From a virus: DNA of 64,000 nt. Shown here one piece after another: positions 56,319 to 64,000 of the stretch (positions are counted from its first letter, which is position 1; every line of letters starts with the position of its first letter). Below the pieces are notes generated by a model, which was given only the letters and a program-made list of their open reading frames with translations, was not told the origin of the DNA and ran no database searches. The stretch covers positions 32,001-96,000 of IMG/VR virus record IMGVR_UViG_3300023180_005138. The stretch is one strand, 5' to 3'. The translations under genes were made by a program, and so were the position numbers.

Positions 56319-59300
56319 TTATGTATTACTCCTAATTGATCTTCTGATAGGGCCGTTTGTATCTAGGTCCTTAAGAATCAGTTTAACAATTGCTGTTTCG
56401 CCGTCCATCTGTGTTTCTCCTTGTTCAGCTTCTTTATCTGATCCTTTATTTTCTATTTGAACTTTTACCTTTGGTGCTGAATTAAGAGCGGTTTTACCTG
56501 TAGCATTCATGCGCTCCATATTTGAAGCACCGATAGCATCTACAGCACTCTTCTTCATTACAAACTCGCCTGGCTCTAAGAGAGCAGGCACGCTATCACG
56601 GGTTCTAACATTACCGCCTGCTGCATAACGAGCAATACCTTGTCTACCTACTAAACCACCTGATGCAGCAGCCACTAGGGCAGTAAAGAATCCACCGCCA
56701 CCACCAGCAGAACCAGATGCACCTACAGTTTGTAGGGCTGTAGCAGCACTATAGGCTGCTGTAGTTAGTGTAGTATCCGCCGTTGTTTGACTTACAGCAG
56801 CTACCTTAGACCCCACCTGTGCTGCTTCTAGTGCTTGTGTGGCAGCACCTGCGCTTCCTAAACTACCACCAAGAACGCTTGCATCATTACCTACGTTGAG
56901 TAGGCTGCCTCCAGCAGTCTGTGTATCAGTACCAAAGCTACTTAAAAGTCCACTACTATCCGTAACTTTGGTACCAAAATCGCCAAGATTTGTTACGCCA
57001 TCCTTAAGGCCTGTTGTAAAGTTATCAAGCTCTGCAGTTACTCCCTCAAGGCCAAGGCCACCGTCGCCGATGCCGGCTTCTGATACACGATTAGTAAACT
57101 TATCCGTAGAGAAAGGTGTGGCCGCTGGGAATCCTCCCATAGGAGCTTGTCCAAAACTGGTTCCGAAGGGACTCCCTAGAGGAGTGAAAGAGCCTCCAAT
57201 ATTACCTAAACCTCCAGGGGCGCCAAAACCCATAGCACCAAAACCACCGGGGCCTGACGGGTTAAGAGTATTTTGACCAAACATATCAAAAGGACCATAT
57301 GTTGTCGAAGAATAACCTGTTCCCATTGGATTAAAACCGCCGCCTAAATTATAGTCAGATTGTACCTGATCTCCCAATAGAGTACCTATTGGTACGTTTT
57401 TACTCTTAAGCACCTCAACAGGGACTCCATTAGACGTTATTCCGCCGCTGCCGCCACCAAACCAATCGCTTACCATATCTCCTAGATTTTTAAAAGCACC
57501 CGAAACAGAATCTACTATTCCAGATACGCCAGATTTTATACTATCCCATAAATCACTAAATGCACCTTTTGTTTCTTCTAACATCTCACCAGGAACAGGG
57601 GACTTTCCACTACCACCAGTATCAGTAATCTTTGGACCACCAGTACCAGGAATCTTTAGACCACCAGCTGCTTCACCTACTCCACCACCAGAGCAAGCAC
57701 AGAACTCTGATACGTTAGTAACATAAACTGATTGGATGCCAACGTCTTTAAGGGCTTTAACACTTCCTTCAATATTTCCGAGACTTGATTTAATAGCTGA
57801 AGAAGCCGCATCAGGTAGAGTCTGTGTTAATGCTGTTGTAGCAGTTTTAGTAAGCCCTCCTAACAATCCTTGGAATTGTTGTTTAAGAAAATCAGTTACA
57901 GGCTGTACAATAAACTGCTTAAAAGCTTGTTTAGCTAGGTCCACTAAAATACCCTTAAGCATATTCATTAGACCTTCTTTAAAGTTCTTCATTGTTAGAG
58001 TACCGTTTTTAATAGCCTCAAATAAATCATCGACACCTTTATTAAGAGCACCTTCGATAATTCCTGCTGCTGCTTGTAAATATTTTAATAACCCAGCTTC
58101 TTCTAACTGGTACTTTCTTTCTGCTAAAGCAATAATTTCCTTTTGCTTATCTCTTTCAATGTTTAAAGCTGTTAGCTTTTCTTGTGCGTTAGAAGAAGCG
58201 GCAGCTTTTTGTGCCTCAATACTTTTTAACTGAGCTTCGGTATTAGCACTCTGTGCTTCTATTTCTTTAATTTTCTGATTATAATTTTCAAGTATTTTTG
58301 CTGATTCAGCGGCATATCTTCTGTCTACGTCAGCTTGAATTTTTTTAATCTTCTGCTCTTCTGCGTTTAAAAGCGATGTTTTAAGATCTGCAAGACGTTG
58401 ATTCTTCTTAATCTCCTCGTTTAATATATCAGCACTTGCAGTTTTTTGTGCCTCAATATTAGTTCGTAAATTCTCAACATTAGTTTGAAGGGTCTTAATA
58501 GTAGAATTAGCCAACTCCCTTGCAGTCTTCTTAACTTCCTCAAGTTGTGGATCTTTCTTACCAGTTTGCAACTCTACTAGTCTAGCCTGTTGCTCTAAAA
58601 TTTTAGCCATTGCTGTAATGTATCTATCATCTACCTGAGCCTGCATTTCAAGAAGCTTAACCTTCTTTTCAATTAGTCCTAGTTGATATTCTCTATCCTT
58701 AGCAGCATTTGCTGCTTGTAAGTCAGCAACTTTTTGTTGAGATAAAACAAGTTCTTTTTCTTTAACAATTTGCTCCGCTCTGTCAGAACGAGCCTTATCA
58801 TCCAGCGCCTTTTTCTCATCTAGTGCTTTGAACTGGTCAAGTGCTTCAAGTGCTGCATTAGTTTTCTTTACCTCGTTTAATTCTATTTGTTCTCTTAGTA
58901 TAGCAGCTTGTTTATCTAAAGCAGCTAAGTCAGCAGCTAGTTTAGTGCGAATTAAGTTTTCTTCTCTATCAAGACGCGCCATTTCTGCATTAAACTTTTC
59001 CCGAGCAACATTAATCTCTGCATCTCTAATTTGTTTTTCTGTAGCTAAATTACCTAATAAACCTAATTGATTTTGTTGTCTTTCTGCAGCATTAACTTTT
59101 TGTAAATCTGCTCGTCGAGCAGCAGCATTAGTTGCTCGTTGCGCAGCTTCTGCTCTAGCAGCTTCTGCCTGTGCTAATTGTTTGGAGGCTTCTAAAGCTT
59201 TTATTCTTAAGTCAACTTCTTGTTCAAGTCCTTTTCTAACAGTAGCAGCCGCAGCTCTTTCAGCCGCGTTAGCTTCGTTTTTAGCTTGTTGAATTTCTCT

Positions 59301-62126
59301 AGCATTAGCCTGTCTAGCTTTTAGTAGATCTAGCTCTTTTTGTAAAATATCTACAGAAGCTTGCGCTTTTAATACTGCTAGTTGCTGTTGAAGAACAGTT
59401 AAACTTCTTTGTTGAGTTCTTAAAAGTTTTGTAGAATCTTTTGCAGCCTCTATTATAAGACCAGCTTTTGCTTTTTCTGCTGTAGTAGCATTGGTTGCTC
59501 GTTGAATTTCTATAGAAGTTATACCTAGTGATTTAATCTTGCCTTGTAAAATCGATGCCTCGTTATTTTTACCCTCTTTTTGCGCTTGAACTAACATCTC
59601 TTGTAATCTAACAGCTTCTCTTTGCTTATCAGAGATATTTCCTGCCGCTGCTATTGTATCATCTAGGAACTTCATTTGATTTGCTTTTACTTCTTCAGGA
59701 GTAGCAGCTATCTCAGCTATCTTTCCAACTTTGCTTATAGACCCACTAGCTAATAAAGAGTCAACCGCTTTTAAGGCTCCTCCGAAAGTAGATTGAAGAT
59801 CTTTGTTAATTTTTTCTAATCCTTGAACATTAGCTAAAGTATTAGAAAGACTTTGAATTCTTTTCTCTAATTTGTATAAAGCTTCCTCTTGCTGATTACT
59901 TAGATCATCAAAATCTAGAGTATCTGAGAATTTTTCTAACTCTCTATTTGCTCTAACCAAAGCTTGAGAAAGTTTTTCTGAATTAACACCTAACTTTAAT
60001 TGCTCATTAAAGTTCTGTATGGCCCCCGTTGTTGCTACAAGAGCGGCTCCTTGTGCTTCTGCTCCCGCTATAAATTCATTTTGACCGCCTACATTTTGTA
60101 TAATAACGTCAAGTAAGTTTTTATACTCTTTTACCGCCGCTCCATTTTCATCAGTTAATTGTTTTACAGCTTTTGCTGCGGAGTCATAAGACACACCAGT
60201 GGCAACAATACCCCTTAATAAACCAACATTTTCTTTTCCTACAGTTTTAATAGCTTGTTTTGTTTCTTGAAGAACTAATAGTCTAAACTTTTCTTCTTTT
60301 GTTAACTCTCCTGTCTTGTCAGTTAAAGCTTTAATTCGCGCATCAAGGGTTTTTACTCCTGCGTCGTTATCATTGAGGAGTTTTGTAGTTCTTTCAAGAG
60401 ATTTACCAGTTAAATCCTGTGAAGCCGCATACTGAATTTGTGATTTACCAAAAAGGAGGAAATACTTTGTGAGCCTATCTGTTTTTTCAGAGGCAATTTG
60501 TGCATTAACACTACCAGCTTGTACTCCTTGTATTAAATCTGCCTGTTCTTTTCTAACATCTGCTATCTGATCTTCTGTAAGCCCAAGAGCCTTGGCATAT
60601 TGAACCGCAGTTCCTGATGAATTTAATATCGCAGTAGATAATCCTTCTATTTCTTTTCTATTTTGTCTAGCCTGAGCGTTTAATCTTTCAAAGTATCCTA
60701 TTACCTCTCCAATTAAATCAATACCAAATAAAGAAAGAACTCCTTGAGCAATTCCTACATATATTAAAATTTTTGACATTGCCGCCCCTACAGCAACTAC
60801 TGCTCCTTGTAGAACACGAAAAGTTCCTGCTAATCCTGATACACCCTTTGCAGTTCCTCGTGCAATCTTACCTGTACCTTCTAGCCTGTCATTAAAAGCT
60901 GTTTCTGCAGTTTCGAGTCCTTTAATCTGTGCTGCATAGACCCCCGTGCCGTTATCAAGAGCCTTTAAATCAGCAATTCTACGTGCAGTTAACTCTTTGC
61001 CTCTTTCAGCTTGCCTAATAGATAGATCTTGCGTTGCAAGAAGTTTACGAATTTCTGCCCCTTCAGTACGAGCTAATTTAGCATTAGTGCCTTGAATAGC
61101 TCCTGTACCTGTTAACCCTCCTTCTCCTTTAGAGAGAGCCTGTTTAGCAGCCGCCTGGAACTTAGTAAGAGCTTCTGGACCGGCTCTTGAAAATTTCTCA
61201 GTAAGATTATCTAATTTTCTAGTAACAAAATCAAATCCAGACCCTAGTCCTGCAACTATAGAGTCTTTTAGTTTTGAAAAAACAATAGCACCTACAGCCC
61301 CAAAAGCTATAATTAAATTACCTGTTTTAGATAAGAAATCAGCAATAGGGCTTAAAACATTTGCTACGAATCCTAACACAGATTGTGTTAAGTCTTGGAA
61401 CTTAGCAGCTAATTGTTCGATTGATTGTTGGGAAGTTTTAGAACTTGTATCAATAATACCAAACTTTGCATTACCTTCATCAATAACAGCATTAACAAAT
61501 GCTTGGCGTCTTTCAAAAGTAGTCAAACTAGAAGCACTTCTATTTAAAGATGCAGCATACTTATTAACAGCAGGCTCAATACGAGTAAAAATACCAAGTT
61601 CGTCGATAAGTTCTGGTTCTAACTTAGCAGAGCCTCTAACTAGTCGGTTAAAAGAATCTGTTAAATCTCTACCTAAAGCACGAGATGCTTTTAAAGAAAC
61701 AGTTGTAAGACCTTCAATCTGTTTAGCACTAAAACCTGCAGAAAGTGCGGTGTTAACTTGAGTAGCAGCTTCAACAATAGATAACTGATTTTTTGTTATC
61801 TCTTTTGTTTTAGCAATAATTTGATCCCCTGATTCCCCAATAGTTCTAGCTAAAGTTTGAGTACCCCTAATAACTTCTTCGTTTCTAGCAGCTCTAGACA
61901 GTGCTTGGAAAGCAGAAGTAATAGCAAAGATATTAGCGGCAGCGCCTGCATAAACAGAAACCAGACCTCCCAAACCAGATGCTTGAGCAGAAAACTGTCT
62001 TCCTGCTGATGCGCTGGTTTGACCAAGTCTGGTTTGTTGTTTAGTTACTGTTTCAGTAGCCGCAGCTGCTGCAGCCGCTCCTTTGGTACTAAAAGTAGTT
62101 TCAATAATATTTTTAATTGATGCCAC
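56319..62126 (-). CDS. Tail tape measure protein (T5 pb2-like N-terminus)
   Basis: 1935 aa; YAGAAANIFAITSAF, RLVRGSAKLEPELIDELGI, long Ala/Lys/Glu coiled coil, C-terminal YAAGG...DSVPALLEPGEFV. Confidence 0.93.
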   Translation of the reverse strand: MASIKNIIETTFSTKGAAAAAAATETVTKQQTRLGQTSASAGRQFSAQASGLGGLVSVYAGAAANIFAITSAFQALSRAARNEEVIRGTQTLARTIGESGDQIIAKTKEITKNQLSIVEAATQVNTALSAGFSAKQIEGLTTVSLKASRALGRDLTDSFNRLVRGSAKLEPELIDELGIFTRIEPAVNKYAASLNRSASSLTTFERRQAFVNAVIDEGNAKFGIIDTSSKTSQQSIEQLAAKFQDLTQSVLGFVANVLSPIADFLSKTGNLIIAFGAVGAIVFSKLKDSIVAGLGSGFDFVTRKLDNLTEKFSRAGPEALTKFQAAAKQALSKGEGGLTGTGAIQGTNAKLARTEGAEIRKLLATQDLSIRQAERGKELTARRIADLKALDNGTGVYAAQIKGLETAETAFNDRLEGTGKIARGTAKGVSGLAGTFRVLQGAVVAVGAAMSKILIYVGIAQGVLSLFGIDLIGEVIGYFERLNAQARQNRKEIEGLSTAILNSSGTAVQYAKALGLTEDQIADVRKEQADLIQGVQAGSVNAQIASEKTDRLTKYFLLFGKSQIQYAASQDLTGKSLERTTKLLNDNDAGVKTLDARIKALTDKTGELTKEEKFRLLVLQETKQAIKTVGKENVGLLRGIVATGVSYDSAAKAVKQLTDENGAAVKEYKNLLDVIIQNVGGQNEFIAGAEAQGAALVATTGAIQNFNEQLKLGVNSEKLSQALVRANRELEKFSDTLDFDDLSNQQEEALYKLEKRIQSLSNTLANVQGLEKINKDLQSTFGGALKAVDSLLASGSISKVGKIAEIAATPEEVKANQMKFLDDTIAAAGNISDKQREAVRLQEMLVQAQKEGKNNEASILQGKIKSLGITSIEIQRATNATTAEKAKAGLIIEAAKDSTKLLRTQQRSLTVLQQQLAVLKAQASVDILQKELDLLKARQANAREIQQAKNEANAAERAAAATVRKGLEQEVDLRIKALEASKQLAQAEAARAEAAQRATNAAARRADLQKVNAAERQQNQLGLLGNLATEKQIRDAEINVAREKFNAEMARLDREENLIRTKLAADLAALDKQAAILREQIELNEVKKTNAALEALDQFKALDEKKALDDKARSDRAEQIVKEKELVLSQQKVADLQAANAAKDREYQLGLIEKKVKLLEMQAQVDDRYITAMAKILEQQARLVELQTGKKDPQLEEVKKTARELANSTIKTLQTNVENLRTNIEAQKTASADILNEEIKKNQRLADLKTSLLNAEEQKIKKIQADVDRRYAAESAKILENYNQKIKEIEAQSANTEAQLKSIEAQKAAASSNAQEKLTALNIERDKQKEIIALAERKYQLEEAGLLKYLQAAAGIIEGALNKGVDDLFEAIKNGTLTMKNFKEGLMNMLKGILVDLAKQAFKQFIVQPVTDFLKQQFQGLLGGLTKTATTALTQTLPDAASSAIKSSLGNIEGSVKALKDVGIQSVYVTNVSEFCACSGGGVGEAAGGLKIPGTGGPKITDTGGSGKSPVPGEMLEETKGAFSDLWDSIKSGVSGIVDSVSGAFKNLGDMVSDWFGGGSGGITSNGVPVEVLKSKNVPIGTLLGDQVQSDYNLGGGFNPMGTGYSSTTYGPFDMFGQNTLNPSGPGGFGAMGFGAPGGLGNIGGSFTPLGSPFGTSFGQAPMGGFPAATPFSTDKFTNRVSEAGIGDGGLGLEGVTAELDNFTTGLKDGVTNLGDFGTKVTDSSGLLSSFGTDTQTAGGSLLNVGNDASVLGGSLGSAGAATQALEAAQVGSKVAAVSQTTADTTLTTAAYSAATALQTVGASGSAGGGGGFFTALVAAASGGLVGRQGIARYAAGGNVRTRDSVPALLEPGEFVMKKSAVDAIGASNMERMNATGKTALNSAPKVKVQIENKGSDKEAEQGETQMDGETAIVKLILKDLDTNGPIRRSIRSNT

Positions 62127-62449
62127 TAGCGTCTCACCCTTGATGCGGCTTCTCTAGTTCTACGTTGTTGGTCATAGTGTGTAGAAGCCTCAGAAATACA
62201 TACTTGAAGAAGTTCAAACACCTCTTCACTATCTTCAATTTTATAGATGCGCATAATATCTCCTAAACCTGCATAGTCTTTACCTAACCAGACTCCATTC
62301 ATTCCCTCTATCTTATCTGGCAAAGCATTAAAAAGCCTTAGAGCTTGTTGCGCTTCGTAACTTAATTCATGTACCTCTGGCGGCATTTCGTCAGGGTCAG
62401 GGTCCCATCCCATCTGTTCACACATTAACAGATATTGGTCTTGGGTCAT
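62126..62449 (-). CDS. Tail assembly chaperone GT-like C-terminal frame
   Basis: QYLLMCEQMG.DPDPDEMP...GKDY; in frame with the upstream gene after a -1 shift. Confidence 0.82.
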   Translation of the reverse strand: MTQDQYLLMCEQMGWDPDPDEMPPEVHELSYEAQQALRLFNALPDKIEGMNGVWLGKDYAGLGDIMRIYKIEDSEEVFELLQVCISEASTHYDQQRRTREAASRVRR

Positions 62450-62916
62450 TCCCCCTGCTTGGAAGCTGTGCCGGAGGTACTTTTCGAGTTTTTTGAGTCT
62501 TCAGCCTTCTTATTAATAGAAAACTGCTCATAATCATTTAGTGCGTCAGTTACAAACTGATCAAAAACTGTGGAATTCTTTAGAAGATCTAGTGCGTCTT
62601 CTTCAGAATAATTTACGTCCTCATTTGGCTCCATAGAACTAATATCTACTGGAAGAAGCTTGGGCAACGATCTAACTTTAAGACCTGACCACCCCTTAAT
62701 TGCTCTACGTGAATACTCTTCAATAAACTTATCATTATCAATTTCCTCTTCACGTTGACGAGTACGCTTATTAAACTTATATGTAAGACTTGAGTTACGA
62801 ATCTTCATTAGATCATCACGACCTAAATATACTAGATTAACTACAAAACCTTCGATATCAGGAAACTCTACGTCAATTACGGTTTCCTTTGCCATTAAAC
62901 TTGAAATTTTACTCAT
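62446..62916 (-). CDS. Tail assembly chaperone G-like
   Basis: Lies between the tail tube and tape measure genes; IKGWSGL...LLKNS..FDQFV. Confidence 0.82.
   Translation of the reverse strand: MSKISSLMAKETVIDVEFPDIEGFVVNLVYLGRDDLMKIRNSSLTYKFNKRTRQREEEIDNDKFIEEYSRRAIKGWSGLKVRSLPKLLPVDISSMEPNEDVNYSEEDALDLLKNSTVFDQFVTDALNDYEQFSINKKAEDSKNSKSTSGTASKQGE
62488..62494 (-). other. -1 programmed ribosomal frameshift slippery site A-AAA-AAC
   Basis: GAC TCA AAA AAC; the -1 frame reads KLEKYLRHSFQAGG-MTQDQY with no stop. Confidence 0.85.
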
Positions 62917-62939
62917 TTTTTGGTTTTCCCCTCTGTGTT

Positions 62940-63045
62940 AATAAAAAGGGTGCTCACCGTCGTTATCAACGCCTGTCAAACTGAGGGGGCAAGTTTGACG
63001 TTTGTTAACAGTGAGCACCCACATGAAATTAAATTTTGCCCCCTC
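62940..63045 (-). terminator. Complex terminator hairpin with potential pseudoknot after the tail tube gene
   Basis: GGGTGCTCAC/GTGAGCACCC 10-bp stem plus TTTTTATT; the apical TTGCCCCCTC is complementary to the upstream GAGGGGGCAA. Confidence 0.75.
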
Positions 63046-63059
63046 AAAGCTCATTTAAC

Positions 63060-64000
63060 TTACTTTTCTACAATAAGTGTCAACTCATCTCCGGTACCTT
63101 TGCTAGTTTCCTGAGCAAGGAAGTTAACTGTAATACCGATAACATCTTCAACAGCGTGAGTTGGAATCTCGAACTGAATCTTTGGCATATTGATTGCAAA
63201 GAATGGTGCTGTTGCTCCGCCAATTTTAAGGTTAGCGTTAGATGTAGCAGAAGAAGATGTACGAGTGTCTTCAACGATCTGCTTCAAGAACTGAGCAGAA
63301 TCACTTGAACCACCACGTAAGTAAGCACTTAGTGAACCAGAAATAGCACGAGCACCGGCAAACTGACCGATAGGTGAGTTAAGAGATGCAAGCTCTTCTG
63401 GTGTTAAGTATGTGATGTTATTATTGTAGTCAAAACTGAGTGCAGTTACTGGGAATGTGAAATCAACCCCTGTAGCAGTTGAACTTTCAGCGTGCTTAAT
63501 ATCAATTGTTGAAAGTCTATTCTTAATGAAGCTAGCAGAAGAAATTGTGCCAGAAACATTATAAGAGTTCCAAGGATGATAAGAAGCCTCAGCTGTCAGT
63601 GCATACTGATTTGAGTTAGCTGTGATTTCATTTCCTCCAGCATTTAGTATTCCACCGAATACTGAAATAGCATTATTACGTTTATCATCACGAAGTTCGA
63701 TTAGGTTTGTACCGAATCCTGTCCAAGTGGTTGTAGCAATGCCGTCAATAGCAGCATCAATAGACCCTTGGTTAACAGTTGCGTTAGAAACCTGATAAAC
63801 AACGTTATCCATTTTGAAATATAGATGGTATTCAGAAGCAGTAGCAAAGTTTGCAGAATGCTGGAACACGTTTGCAGCAGCAGCACGCTCTCCTAGTGCA
63901 AATTTACCATCAGCCTGCCAAGTACTCTGAAGTGAATCGCCAGAAGCAAATGCAGTGTTACTCATTAAGGCTTGCCACATAAACCAGTCGGCGCAAGGCA
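63060..64000 (-). CDS. Major tail tube protein (T5 pb6-like), 5'-truncated by the window edge
   Basis: The frame is open beyond 64000; LYFKMDN..YQV.NA.VNQ.SID..IDGIATTTWTGFG, YNNNITYLTPEEL and R.ISGSL.AYLR. Confidence 0.88.
   Translation of the reverse strand, partial: PCADWFMWQALMSNTAFASGDSLQSTWQADGKFALGERAAAANVFQHSANFATASEYHLYFKMDNVVYQVSNATVNQGSIDAAIDGIATTTWTGFGTNLIELRDDKRNNAISVFGGILNAGGNEITANSNQYALTAEASYHPWNSYNVSGTISSASFIKNRLSTIDIKHAESSTATGVDFTFPVTALSFDYNNNITYLTPEELASLNSPIGQFAGARAISGSLSAYLRGGSSDSAQFLKQIVEDTRTSSSATSNANLKIGGATAPFFAINMPKIQFEIPTHAVEDVIGITVNFLAQETSKGTGDELTLIVEK

Noticed and set aside
213-63886. Many short alternative-frame and antisense ORFs in the track (e.g. 213-512, 1789-2007, 24450-24788, 28335-28766, 43728-44135, 56839-57276, 57736-58233)
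   Set aside because: They lie entirely within well-supported genes, have no SD and no motifs, and are shadow ORFs.
1-64000. CRISPR array, tRNA, rRNA, integrase, transposase or reverse transcriptase
   Set aside because: No regularly spaced repeats, no cloverleaf with a T-loop/CCA pattern and no such protein motifs were seen by eye.
1-64000. Stop-codon reassignment
   Set aside because: Core genes are full length under code 11 and end in TAA, TAG and TGA.

Overview
This AT-rich 64-kb window comes from a large tailed dsDNA phage with a T5-like (Demerecviridae-like) backbone. It is probably marine and probably infects a proteobacterium (inference). The + strand (1-36422) carries the T5-syntenic replication/recombination arm: NAD ligase, D5, DnaB-like helicase, primase, family A polymerase, D10, D11, D12, D13, D14, D15 and a dUTPase-like gene. 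Accessory metabolic genes are inserted between these: erpA-like, uvsE, def, pyrB, purT, dCMP deaminase, a PiT-like phosphate permease, nrdAB, glutaredoxin, thyX, glycosyltransferases, radical SAMs and 2OG-Fe oxygenases. The - strand (36411-64000) carries the tail module: tube, frameshifted chaperones, tape measure, a lambda-like M-L-K-I-J tip and fibres. Main highlights: (1) the intergenic locus at 22224-22490 holds a promoter- and terminator-bounded ~145-nt antisense RNA with three GGA-loop hairpins (candidate CsrA/RsmA sponge), set back-to-back with a triple Pho box upstream of the dCMP deaminase-phosphate permease run; (2) a 129-aa Hint/mini-intein with a non-nucleophilic +1 Gly sits between poly-Gly tracts at the N-terminus of the central tail protein, next to ubiquitin-like, JAB and duplicated NlpC/P60 genes; (3) a pseudoknot/terminator/anti-SD element lies between the tail tube and chaperone genes; (4) the dUTPase appears catalytically degenerate. 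All calls come from reading motifs by eye; no database searches were run.
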